A stretch of 64,000 nt of DNA, taken from contig JAEUUJ010000082.1 in the NCBI GenBank assembly GCA_016786495.1, positions 15,365-79,364 of the forward strand, read 5' to 3'. This DNA comes from Cyclobacteriaceae bacterium (GTDB taxonomy: Bacteria > Bacteroidota > Bacteroidia > Cytophagales > Cyclobacteriaceae). Shown here piece by piece: positions 17,139-27,500 of this stretch; within the stretch, counting starts at the first letter, position 1, and every line of letters starts with the position of its first letter. Position numbers and translations under genes: made by a program. The notes beneath the pieces are model-generated. The model ran no database searches and was not told the origin of the DNA. It worked only from the letters and a program-made list of their open reading frames with translations.

Positions 17139-19454
17139 TTACTCAAGGATATGGTTTTTATAGAGTAAAAACCCTACATGAAGAAGGATCCCGAACTTGT
17201 TTTCCGGGTCGTCATAGTAATTCACGCTTAAGGCAACCGGACCGACCGGAGAATGGAACACTACGCTTCCGGTGCCCGCAAAGAAAATCTGCGTGAATTC
17301 AATCTGATCAACCGCGTCCTGGTTGCCTGCCTCCATGATGTGTTCAAAGGGTTTAAAGGCATAGCCCTCCAGGCGGAAGTCCAGTTTGTCTTTGATGGTA
17401 AAGATGTTTCGCACGCCAAAAGCAGCATAATTAAAGGCGCGAAAGTTCTCCAACAACAATGTCCTGCTATCCTGAAGGGGAAAGAAAGCCGGCGTGTTGA
17501 TGATGGTTCCGAAATAGTTGGTAAAGAATTTTTGATTCGACAGTACAGCTTCCGCATAAACGCCGGGCCGATACCATCCGCGGGTGAAGTAGTGTTCGGC
17601 CGTTGCCTTGATCCGAAACCACTTGTGCGTTGCTGAGTTTATCACTTTGCTGTCATCGGCTGTATTACCCGGGCTGTAGTCTTCTTTAACATTGTAAAAA
17701 TTTCCGCTGATCGAATATGCCTTACCATATGACGCATACTGCTTACGATTTAAATCGTTCATGGAAAATGTTACTCCTGTCTTGAATCCTTCCAACCGCA
17801 GATGGTCAAGCGTATCGGAGCTGACAAATACTTTCTTATTGCCGAAATAATCATCGTTGTTAAACGCTTCGAAAGCCATGTCGACTTTAAACTGTTTGCC
17901 AACGGCCTTACCAATGTGCAGGCCTACCCTTCTGTCGAAGCGTTTGAGTACGGTGGGCGTATTTTTTTCTTTCAGAATGTCGATCCCTTCGGTGTAATCC
18001 CAGCCATTGAACATCGCTTCCGGCTGAACGTAGAAGCGATCGAGGATGGGAAGATCGAAGCGTGTTCGCAGGAGTGCCGATTTGTAAAAACTTCCGGTTT
18101 GAAAACCTGCAAACGCATGTGTGAGCACATTATTAAAGTAATAATAGTTAAGGCCCAGCGCGATGTTGCTGATGTCGCGGGTAGCAATTACTCCTCCGAA
18201 GTCAACCTGAAAATTCTTTTGTGCCCGTTTGGTTAGCTGGAGTACAAACTTGTTCGAGGCGCTGTTGAACGGCATCGAAGGATAGACGTTTGAGAAGTAC
18301 GGTTCGGAGGCAAGTTTGTAATACCCCTCGCGGATGTTATGGTAGTACAATGTCTTCTTTCGAACGGATCCGATTTTAAAAATTCTGCGGATGTATTTGC
18401 GTTGTCGGGAGTTGAACGACTTGAAGGTGAGTTTTTCAAACACCCACGGCTTATTCTGATTATTAAAATTGTTCCGTTTGGCCACCACTTCTTCGCATGA
18501 TGTACGTGCCGCAATCTTCTGCTTGAGCTCCGGCATTCTCCGCATGGTTTGCGCATAGCCACTGTCGATGAGGGCGCGTGCAAACTTGAACTCGAGCGAA
18601 CTGTATCCTTCGAGGTCAGGCTGGATATAAACGCCTGTTTCCGGAATGGCGGCAGGATCGGATTTGTCCAACAGCATATACAATAGCGAATTGGCGATCA
18701 GCTTATCGTCCTGGTCGTACGGGTACTCGTTAAAAATTTTAGAGGACACATTCGAGCCGACAATCACTTCAGGTTTGAATTCGCGCTGTAGTACATCAAC
18801 CGGGAAATTGTTATACACACCTCCGTCAAACAAATACCGGCCATCGACCCGGATGGGGTTATAAAAAAACGGAACGGTTTGCGTTGCCCGCAACGCATCA
18901 CTTAATGAACCTTTTTTGAGAACAACTTCCGACTGTGTGAACACATCGGCTGCAACCACCCGCAGGGGAATGAACAGGCTGTCAAAATTATTATTGGAAA
19001 TTGCGCCTGCCTGGGCCATTTTCTCGGCTAACGCAAAGTTCAGTGAAACATCGTTTGCCAGGCTTGAGTTGAACTGAAACGAAAAGGTTGAATCAAGCGA
19101 AAGGTTGAGCTTTAAAAAGTAAGGTCCGTCTTCGGAACGTGCGTAGTGATAATTGACTTTGCTTTCGGGATAACCGTTTACCCAACGCAAAAAATCTTCC
19201 GACAACACCATTCGCTCGATGGCATCCGGGCTCATGCCGGCTGCGTAGCAACCCCCGATGATTCCTCCCATGGAAGTTCCAACGATATAGTCGATGGGGA
19301 TATCGTTTTCTTCGAGCGCTTTAAGTACCCCGATGTGTGCGATACCCTTGGCTCCCCCTCCGCTCAGCACCAAACCAACCTTTTGAGCAAGGGCGGGTGT
19401 GATACCCAAAACGATTACAATGAAAAACAGTCTCTTCAGCACGGTTACAAACAA
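17139..19454 (-). CDS. Patatin-like phospholipase fused to an Omp85/BamA-type beta-barrel (type Vd-like architecture)
   Basis: Signal peptide, then GGGAKGIAHIGVLKAL (oxyanion hole), GTSMGG (Ser nucleophile) and FDGGVYNNFP (Asp of the dyad). The C-terminal 400 aa are beta-rich and end in aromatic residues. The start is TTG 19454 or GTG 19442. Confidence 0.8.
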   Translation of the reverse strand: MFVTVLKRLFFIVIVLGITPALAQKVGLVLSGGGAKGIAHIGVLKALEENDIPIDYIVGTSMGGIIGGCYAAGMSPDAIERMVLSEDFLRWVNGYPESKVNYHYARSEDGPYFLKLNLSLDSTFSFQFNSSLANDVSLNFALAEKMAQAGAISNNNFDSLFIPLRVVAADVFTQSEVVLKKGSLSDALRATQTVPFFYNPIRVDGRYLFDGGVYNNFPVDVLQREFKPEVIVGSNVSSKIFNEYPYDQDDKLIANSLLYMLLDKSDPAAIPETGVYIQPDLEGYSSLEFKFARALIDSGYAQTMRRMPELKQKIAARTSCEEVVAKRNNFNNQNKPWVFEKLTFKSFNSRQRKYIRRIFKIGSVRKKTLYYHNIREGYYKLASEPYFSNVYPSMPFNSASNKFVLQLTKRAQKNFQVDFGGVIATRDISNIALGLNYYYFNNVLTHAFAGFQTGSFYKSALLRTRFDLPILDRFYVQPEAMFNGWDYTEGIDILKEKNTPTVLKRFDRRVGLHIGKAVGKQFKVDMAFEAFNNDDYFGNKKVFVSSDTLDHLRLEGFKTGVTFSMNDLNRKQYASYGKAYSISGNFYNVKEDYSPGNTADDSKVINSATHKWFRIKATAEHYFTRGWYRPGVYAEAVLSNQKFFTNYFGTIINTPAFFPLQDSRTLLLENFRAFNYAAFGVRNIFTIKDKLDFRLEGYAFKPFEHIMEAGNQDAVDQIEFTQIFFAGTGSVVFHSPVGPVALSVNYYDDPENKFGILLHVGFLLYKNHILE

Positions 19455-19546
19455 GATAATGCTCCATCGGGGCTCACGCCCTGCAGAACATAATTAACGC
19501 AATTGTTAAAAATAACGAATGCGGGGCTGACAAAAGTTTTTACTGG

Positions 19547-20830
19547 CTACAAAACTTTCGCGAACGATTGCTGCGCGGGCGAAGGGATTCCGTCAAGCTT
19601 AAGCATCACCGCTGCGCGCGCCTCTTCAAAAGCGTTCTGGTGTTCAGGTTTAATAGGTTCCGAAGCCGGAAGTTCTACACGCAATGCATCGACCTGAACG
19701 CCATTTTTCCAGAAACGGTAACACAGGTGAGGGCCGGTGGCAAGGCCGGTGCTGCCTACATAACCGATAACCTGCCCCTGACGAACGCGCAATCCGGCTC
19801 GTACCGAACCGTCGATTCGCGACATGTGCAGGTATTGTGTTGTGTAGGTTCCGTTGTGACGGATTTTAACGTAGTTACCGTTGTTTGATTTGTATTGCGC
19901 CTCCTCTACAATTCCATCGCCCACGGAACGGATAGGAGTTCCCTGTGGAGCAGCGAAATCTGTTCCGAGGTGCGCTTTAAAAATTTTCTGAACCGGGTGG
20001 AATCTTCTGCCGGTGTAGCGTGAACTGATGCGGGTAAATTCGATCGGATACTTCAACAGGGCTTTGCGAAGGCTCTTGCCGTCTTCCCCGAAGTAATCAA
20101 CACCGTTTCCCTGATCGAATGGGATTGCGTAATAGCCGGAACCGAAATGTTCAAAGTAGATTCCGTTGATGTTGCGTACTCCGATCGCACGGCCTTCGAC
20201 AGACACTTCTTCATACACAAGCTTGAACACGTCACCTTTCTGCAGGCGTGCAAAGTCAACTTGCCAGGCGAAAATATCCACAAACTTATTGGTGAGTTCG
20301 TGCGAGATGCCCATTTCGTTGATCGTTTGGGAAAGTGACGATTGGATTACCCCGGAGATGCTCTTCTCTTCAATCGTTACCTCGCGCTGACATACATCAA
20401 CGGTAAGTGATTCATCGAATGTAAAAACAATGTAGTCGATCGGGTTTGGCTCATACACAAAGGCTTTCGCGGTGCGCAATGAATCGGGTGAGCAGAATAA
20501 TGTGTATTTTTTATTCGGGGCAATTTTACGCACATCAAAAACATTCCGCGGAAGCGCTGCAAGCTGATTGATAAGTTTTACGGGAACATTGTAAGCAGTA
20601 AGAATGTCCGCGAGGAATTCATTCTTCTTTACCTTCTCTTCAATTACAATGTGATTATTGACATTCAGGCCATAGCGATAAACGGGCTGCGCGAAATTCA
20701 GATCAACGTCATCGACATAATATCCGCTTCGCAGGTTTTGAACTTCCGGATAGGGATTGAACATGTTTGCCGTCAGTGCAGCCAGCAAAATCAATAAAAC
20801 AGAAAAAAATCTTCCTAAATGTCTTTTCAT
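19547..20830 (-). CDS. M23 family peptidoglycan DD-metalloendopeptidase
   Basis: HLGTDFAAPQGTPI and GSTGLATGPHLCYRF (M23 HxxxD / HxH motifs). N-terminal anchor MKRHLGRFFSVLLILLAALTA. Confidence 0.88.
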   Translation of the reverse strand: MKRHLGRFFSVLLILLAALTANMFNPYPEVQNLRSGYYVDDVDLNFAQPVYRYGLNVNNHIVIEEKVKKNEFLADILTAYNVPVKLINQLAALPRNVFDVRKIAPNKKYTLFCSPDSLRTAKAFVYEPNPIDYIVFTFDESLTVDVCQREVTIEEKSISGVIQSSLSQTINEMGISHELTNKFVDIFAWQVDFARLQKGDVFKLVYEEVSVEGRAIGVRNINGIYFEHFGSGYYAIPFDQGNGVDYFGEDGKSLRKALLKYPIEFTRISSRYTGRRFHPVQKIFKAHLGTDFAAPQGTPIRSVGDGIVEEAQYKSNNGNYVKIRHNGTYTTQYLHMSRIDGSVRAGLRVRQGQVIGYVGSTGLATGPHLCYRFWKNGVQVDALRVELPASEPIKPEHQNAFEEARAAVMLKLDGIPSPAQQSFAKVL

Positions 20831-20945
20831 CGCCTCACGTATTTATTCTGCCAAAAAATAGAACGGCAAATATACCCGTTTAAAAAGTTACGAGCGGTAA
20901 AAAACCCTGCGTTTTCATTAAAAATATGACATTCCCGAAGATTAT

Positions 20946-20972
20946 CCAAAAAGCGGGCTAACTGAACCCGCA
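20946..20972 (-). terminator. Probable intrinsic terminator after the DsbD-family gene
   Basis: The minus strand reads GCGGG-ttcagttag-CCCGC followed by TTTTTGG, 12 nt after the stop. Confidence 0.5.
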
Positions 20973-20983
20973 TTAAGAAATCG

Positions 20984-23092
20984 TTACTTATAGCGCTCTT
21001 TGAATTTCTTCTTTCCGCGTTCGAGGAACTCAACGAAGCTCTTTACATCACGATTATAACCGTACGGCCATGCAAGCACTTTTTCGTCGGGGCCAACCAA
21101 TACATAAAACGGCTGTGCATTGTTATCGAGGTTGGCGATTTGAATATCAGCATTCTTCTTACCGATGGTTTTTTTCACCTTACCATCATACTTCGATGTC
21201 ACCCACTCCGCTTCGGGCAATTCGGTTTTGTCATCAACATACAATGCCACAATCACGAAATCTTCTTTTAATCTCTTCAACACGGCCGGATCACTCCACA
21301 CTACTGCTTCCATCTCGCGGCAGTTGGTACAACCGTGGCCGGTAAAGTCGATGAATACAGGTTTATTCTGAGCCCGTGCACAGGCCAGCGCTTGTTCGTA
21401 ATCGAAGAAGCCCGTTAGTCCGTGAGGCAGATGGAGGAAATCGGCATACCTGGGTTCATCGCATTCGCCCTTCTGCTTGTCTTCAATCATAGCAGCCAGA
21501 TCAAAGTCGTGCGTGTGCTGAGGCGGAAGGTATCCGGCCAATGCTTTTAGCGGTGCGCCCCACAATCCGGGAACGAGGTATACAACAAAGGTGAAAATCA
21601 ATATTGCGAGCAACAGGCGCGGAACAGAAACTTTTTCAATCGGGCTGTCGTGTGGCAACCTCAGTTTCCCCAACAGGTACAATCCGAGCAATCCGAAGAT
21701 TACAATCCATAAGGCAATGTTGATATCGCGATCGAGGAGTCCCCAGTGATACGCCTGATCGGCAATGCTGAAGAACTTCAGCGCAAGCGCAAGTTCAAGA
21801 AACCCCAACGTGACTTTTACTGCATTCAACCAGCCGCCTGACTTGGGCATGCTTTTGATGACTTCCGGGAAGAATGCAAAGAAGGCAAAGGGTAATGCAA
21901 ACGCCAATGAATAGGAGAACATCATTAGAATCGGCTTCAAAATTTGTCCGCCGGCAGAGAGTGCAAGAACGCTTCCCACGATCGGTACCGTACAACTGAA
22001 AGAAATCAGCACCAGGGTAAACGCCATGAAGAACACTCCGGTAAGACCGCCTTTTTCAGCTTTCTGATCAATTTTATTTACGAGCTGATAAGGCGCATTG
22101 ATTTCAAATAGTCCGAAGAAGGAAAGCGCAAAAATCAGGAACACTGCAAAAATGAAGAGGTTTAACGCCCAGTTAGTGGCCAGTGCATTCAGGCCTTCGG
22201 GGCCAAGCAGAATTGCGAATATTGTTCCGGCAGAGGAATACAGCACGATGATCGACAAGCCGAAAATAATTGCCTTCTTAATCCCTTCCCGTTTGGTTTG
22301 TGTATCCTTCAAAAAGAATGTAACGGTCATCGGGATCATGGGGAACACGCAGGGTGTAATCAACGAAGTTAATCCAGCAATGAACGCGAGTACGAGCAAT
22401 GTCCAGAATGAATCGTTTCCATAGGTTGGTTCGCCCTCGAGAATGGTTTTGTCGAGCACCGGTCCGGAAACTTCAGCACCATATTGTGGTTTCGTTTCCG
22501 GTTTTACGTTAACGGTGTCAACCACAACTTCTGCCTTCTGAACTTGCGGCTTCTGCGGATTGACCGTAGTTTCTTTCACCGGATCAGGTGCTTGCTGTAC
22601 CTGTGAGGTTGTACCCGCTGTAATGGTGAGGTCTGCAATTGTGAATTCGCCATCGAACGGAATGCATTTGCCCGCGTCTGTACAGGTCTGCCCTTCGTAT
22701 GTTCCGGAAACTATCGCATCAACTGAAAGAATTTTTATCTTCTGTCTGAACTCAGCATTGTGTTCAAAGATTTTAACATCGCACCCGAACGTTTCATCGT
22801 GTTTGGTTTTGGGATTGATGGCTTTAAGTTTACCGATGGCTTTAAATCCTTTTGCATTCGGAAATTTTACCTCGGTAAGCATGGGTCCGCATTCCGGATC
22901 AAAATCGTTGGCGTAGATGTACCAGTTGTCTTCGATCGTAACTTTAAAAATCAACTCAAGCTCGTCTCCGGCTTTTACTGATGTTTTGGAACTCGCCCAC
23001 GACCACTTAGCCGGCTCAAGCACCTGCGCAACGGACTGCGCGAAAAAAATCAGCAAAAGGGAAAATAACAGGAGGGCTTTTTTGAGTGTCAT
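20984..23092 (-). CDS. dsbD: Thiol:disulfide interchange protein DsbD family (N-domain + CcdA-type TM core + thioredoxin)
   Basis: Signal peptide. TM cysteines CVFPMIP and SCTVPI. C-terminal thioredoxin CxxC (GHGCTNC). 702 aa. Confidence 0.82.
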   Translation of the reverse strand: MTLKKALLLFSLLLIFFAQSVAQVLEPAKWSWASSKTSVKAGDELELIFKVTIEDNWYIYANDFDPECGPMLTEVKFPNAKGFKAIGKLKAINPKTKHDETFGCDVKIFEHNAEFRQKIKILSVDAIVSGTYEGQTCTDAGKCIPFDGEFTIADLTITAGTTSQVQQAPDPVKETTVNPQKPQVQKAEVVVDTVNVKPETKPQYGAEVSGPVLDKTILEGEPTYGNDSFWTLLVLAFIAGLTSLITPCVFPMIPMTVTFFLKDTQTKREGIKKAIIFGLSIIVLYSSAGTIFAILLGPEGLNALATNWALNLFIFAVFLIFALSFFGLFEINAPYQLVNKIDQKAEKGGLTGVFFMAFTLVLISFSCTVPIVGSVLALSAGGQILKPILMMFSYSLAFALPFAFFAFFPEVIKSMPKSGGWLNAVKVTLGFLELALALKFFSIADQAYHWGLLDRDINIALWIVIFGLLGLYLLGKLRLPHDSPIEKVSVPRLLLAILIFTFVVYLVPGLWGAPLKALAGYLPPQHTHDFDLAAMIEDKQKGECDEPRYADFLHLPHGLTGFFDYEQALACARAQNKPVFIDFTGHGCTNCREMEAVVWSDPAVLKRLKEDFVIVALYVDDKTELPEAEWVTSKYDGKVKKTIGKKNADIQIANLDNNAQPFYVLVGPDEKVLAWPYGYNRDVKSFVEFLERGKKKFKERYK

Positions 23093-23125
23093 GTTCAGAT
23101 CAACGATTAATGCCGGGTATGATGA

Positions 23126-24484
23126 TTATGATTTCGAAAAATGCTTGTAGAACGCGGTGATGGTTTCAATTCCAAGCATGAAGTTCTTTATTCCATAGTG
23201 TTCGTTGGGTGAGTGGATGGCATCGGAGTCGAGGCCGAAACCCATCAGCACGGTATCTAAACCAAGTTCTTTCTTAAAAAGTGCCACGATCGGGATACTT
23301 CCTCCATCGCGGGTAGGAATTGGCCGCTTGCCCCAAACTTCTTCGAACGCTGCGCTTGCTGCCTGAAATGCCTTTGAGTCGGTGGGCGTAACAGCAGCCT
23401 GACCTCCGTGAAGTGCGGTTACTTTTACTTTTACAGATTTGGGGGCGATAGACTTGAAGTGCTTCGCAAACAATTCGGAGATTTCACCATTGTCCTGATT
23501 GGGAACAAGGCGCATGGAAATTTTGGCGTATGCCTTCGAGGGCAATACCGTCTTCGCGCCTTCGCCTGTATAGCCGCCCCAGATTCCGTTAACATCCAGT
23601 GTAGGGCGTATGCCGGTACGTTCAACGGTGGTGTAGCCGTCTTCGCCTTTTACATCATCGATATTCAAGTCTTTTTTATAGTTCTCGAGTGAGAACGGAG
23701 CTTTGTTGATTGCTTCCCGATCGGATGCACTTAACTGAACCACTTTGTCGTAGAATCCGGGTATGGTTACACGACCCCGCTCATCATGCAGCGAAGCGAT
23801 CATCTTGCTGAGAACGTTAATCGGGTTTGCAACAGCACCTCCATAAACACCTGAATGCAAGTCACGGTTAGGGCCTGTTACTTCAACTTCCATATAACTC
23901 AACCCACGCAGGCCCACAGTAATAGACGGATGATCGAGTGAAATTATTGCTGTGTCCGATATCAGAATTACATCGGCCTTCAGTTTGGTTTTATTTTCTT
24001 TCACGAAGGTAGCCAGGTGTTCAGACCCTACTTCTTCTTCGCCTTCAATCATAAACTTGATGTTGCAGTTCAGGGCATTCAGCTTCGTCATGGCTTCGAA
24101 TGCTTTTACGTGCATGTACACCTGGCCTTTGTCATCGCATGAACCGCGTGCATAAATTTTATCGTCTTTAATGACGGGCTCAAACGGAGGTGACGTCCAG
24201 AGATTCAGTGGATCGGGTGGCTGCACATCGTAGTGGCCATACACCAGCACGGTAGGAAGAGCCGGATTAATGATTTTCTCACCAAACACAATCGGGTGGC
24301 CGGCCGTTTCGCACAATTCAACCTGATCAACACCTGCGGCTTTGAGTTTCTCCAGCAGAAACACTGCGGCTTTCCGTACATCGGCAGCGTGTTTGCTGTC
24401 GGCCGATACCGAAGGGATGCGTAACAAGTCAAACAGTTCAGAAAGAAAGCGGTCTTTGTTTTGGGAGAGGTATTCTTTTATCAT
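23126..24484 (-). CDS. M20 family dipeptidase
   Basis: LRIPSVSAD, HYDVQP, GSCDDKG and EGEEEVGS metal-ligand motifs. 452 aa. Confidence 0.88.
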   Translation of the reverse strand: MIKEYLSQNKDRFLSELFDLLRIPSVSADSKHAADVRKAAVFLLEKLKAAGVDQVELCETAGHPIVFGEKIINPALPTVLVYGHYDVQPPDPLNLWTSPPFEPVIKDDKIYARGSCDDKGQVYMHVKAFEAMTKLNALNCNIKFMIEGEEEVGSEHLATFVKENKTKLKADVILISDTAIISLDHPSITVGLRGLSYMEVEVTGPNRDLHSGVYGGAVANPINVLSKMIASLHDERGRVTIPGFYDKVVQLSASDREAINKAPFSLENYKKDLNIDDVKGEDGYTTVERTGIRPTLDVNGIWGGYTGEGAKTVLPSKAYAKISMRLVPNQDNGEISELFAKHFKSIAPKSVKVKVTALHGGQAAVTPTDSKAFQAASAAFEEVWGKRPIPTRDGGSIPIVALFKKELGLDTVLMGFGLDSDAIHSPNEHYGIKNFMLGIETITAFYKHFSKS

Positions 24485-24579
24485 AGTAAATAATTCAAAA
24501 AAGCTGCCTGCAAATTACAGGGTAAAACTATTGTTCAAAAGGAAATCAGAGCCAGTAACCGGAGCGGTTGACGGCAGCA

Positions 24580-27500
24580 TTAAAACCCGTCTTTATCATC
24601 CTTCTTCTGATCGCCCTTTTTCTTGTCAGAAGGGCCGTCTGACAAGCTGTAAGGAACTTCAATTCCCAGGTATTCCAACCGAAAGCGATTAATGAACGCT
24701 TTTGTTTCCTCTTCGCTACCCGGAACAAAAACCACTTCTCCGATTTTTGCCTTGCCGGAATTTGTCTTCTTTGCGACTACGGTATTAAAATTTTCGTTCG
24801 ATGAGTACATCAGCAGGCGGTTGTCTTCAAACCCAAAATAATACCACGATTCTGGAGAAGCTTTGAAGAAAACATTAAATACAGACGCTCCGTCTTCCGT
24901 TTTCTTGATTTCCATGAAGCCCTCGAAAGCTCCATTAATGTCGTTTCGGTAACTGTTTGAAATTCCCAGCGGCCCCTCGCTATAAAAAGCTTTGTGCGAA
25001 ACTGACCATTTCAGGTTAACATTGGCAAATGTGAGTGCCTTCGCGGTTTCGGCCATCGTACCGAGCGACACATAGCCTTGTGCGCTGCGGGTCTCAAAAT
25101 CTTTGGCATTTCGTTCGCCCACGATGTCGGCAATTTTGTAGAGGAGTTCGGTTTGATCGCCCCGGCCTTCATCAGCACCCTCGTTTTGAATGACCGCGAT
25201 CAGGTCTTGTGCCATCAGATCGAACGCCGGAGGGATCACTGTTGTGTTTACGATCACCAGGCTATTCATGCGGATGTCGTTTGTTTGCACATTTCCGCTG
25301 CCGAGTGCCGATGCCGTTACGGTAAAATCTTTCGTTCCTTTAAACAGGTTAACGGGCCCCTCAAATCGTATTTGTGACGTCTCATCGTTATAAGCAAACA
25401 CTTTACCCGACAGTTTATTGCCAGCCGATTTTTCGCGGTCTTCAATTTTATATTCGCGTGAAGCGGTGTCGTAATACAATGTTCCGGTCGGAACGAAAAA
25501 GTCATCGTCATCTTCGCCTTTGTCGTTCAGGAATGTGATGTATAAGTCATTTTCCTGTGCGGAGAAATGCAAGCCTGCATCAACCTTTTTGCCCTCCTCG
25601 GTAAGGGCGTTGTCGAAATTGATCAACACTTCGGGCTCATCACCACTTTGCGAATACTGAATCCAGGCGTTATAATTTTTGATTTTTTTCAGATCGAGTT
25701 TTACGAAGCCGGTTAACTGAAGTGCAGGCTTGGTAGCGAACATCGTGAGATCGCCTTTGTAAAACATACCCGCACCCAACACCAGTTTATCCTCTTCGGC
25801 AACGTGGCCCACCCCTACCGTTTGCATGGAGGCCATCGTTTTTCTGCGCTGGAATCTTTTCGATTGTTCTGTTTCAACTACCGGCTCAAGGTGGAAGTCG
25901 GTCATTTTAATCGCGAACGTATCCTTCAAAAAGTTCACATACTGATAGGTTGCATAACCGGCAAACTCATTGCGTGAAAAAATGTCGACCACGCCCTCGG
26001 TAAGTCGGTGATAACCATTCAGGGTATCCAAAATAATCGTTGTATTCTTCAGGGTTTCAATTCGGGCGTTTTCAAGAATGAGCACTTCTCCATTCTCTGG
26101 TGTGATGCGAGCATCCGCCACCGTAATGTATGGAATTCCGCTTACGCGCATCTCCTGCGTCTTCAAATCGTATACGGCCTTTTCTGCATTGAACGCAAGT
26201 GAATCCAGATCGGCACGGGTGGTGTAGAAGTAAGAGTTCTCGATCGGGACATCAGGATTTTTCGTCATCGTGATTTTTTGCGTATTCAAATCCCATTGTG
26301 CTTTTGGAATGGATGTTTTGAACTGTGCGAACGGAAAATCAATCGCGGCAACGCCCTCCACTTCCGGGCTGATGTCGGCATAGTTCTTCTCCAGGTTAAA
26401 CTTCACGCGAACATCGGTACCGTCAATCAGCGGCTTCAGGGCATCGTCTGATTTGGCCTTGAAGCTTGCATGGCGTGCACTAAAATCATTTCCGGTAAAA
26501 CTCATTTGCCGCGAGCGCAATTCTGAACCGCGCGTTTCAAGTTTACCAATTGCTGCCACACCGCTTTTTGAAATGGTAAGGGTGCCGGTAAACTGTGCTG
26601 TGCTATCATAGAAATTAAAAGGCACATCGGTGTTCCGGATCTTCATTTGATCCTGTTTCGGGAACCACTTCATCTGATATTTTGGAAGTGAAGCCTCGGG
26701 GAACAAGACAGCGCCAAATTGCTTCTGGGAGATTGTTGCCCGCGCTCCTTTCGAAGAAACCGAATCGGGGTAGAACACAAAGTCATCAGAGTATACTGTC
26801 GCTGCGAGATACTCGATTTTACCCGGTGACCGGAGGCCCTTCTTATCGAGGCGAATGGTTCCGAAGAGTTTTCCATCACCCTTATATAATTGGTATCCGC
26901 TTTTTGGAACATTGTGTTCAAAACCCAGCGACTTATCGGGCATGGAATGCAGTTTCTCTTTGAAGCTCGGGAACATCCCGCTCGACACAAAGGATCCATC
27001 GAAGTTTAGTGAGGCCGGATCGGCATCATTCAAGCTGTCGAGTTTGAAGGGCGGTACGACAAAAAATACAGACCGGTCATATACACCATTCAATATTTCC
27101 GGTCGATCGAAATAGATTACTCCACCTGCGGCTGCATCCAACCGGGGATAGTTTGGGATCTTTTCTTTGCCAGACCGGTTATTCGGGCGATTGATATACA
27201 GGGTACCCGATGTTTTGGCAGCATTGCTCATCCCGCCTGCGGCAGCAGCCGTTGAATCTGCGCCTACCATCGAGTTGTTAATTTTCTTGCGCACCATTTG
27301 TCCGCGCGCATTTTTTTCCATGGAATAAAAATTGATCGAATCAATTTTATCCAGGCTGATAAAGAAGCTGTCGTATTTAAGTGTGAATTGCTTTCCGGTT
27401 ATTTCAAAGTTCCCGGCTGTAATCGTTCCATCGAATTTGATATCGCGATTTTGTAAAACCGTGATGGTACTGCTGTCGGGCTTGATGTAAACGTTGAGTG

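Noticed and set aside
17139-19454. Patatin gene as a CBASS/defence-type effector
   Set aside because: It has a signal peptide and a fused outer-membrane barrel. No cyclase, sensor or other defence gene is nearby. The context is envelope housekeeping.
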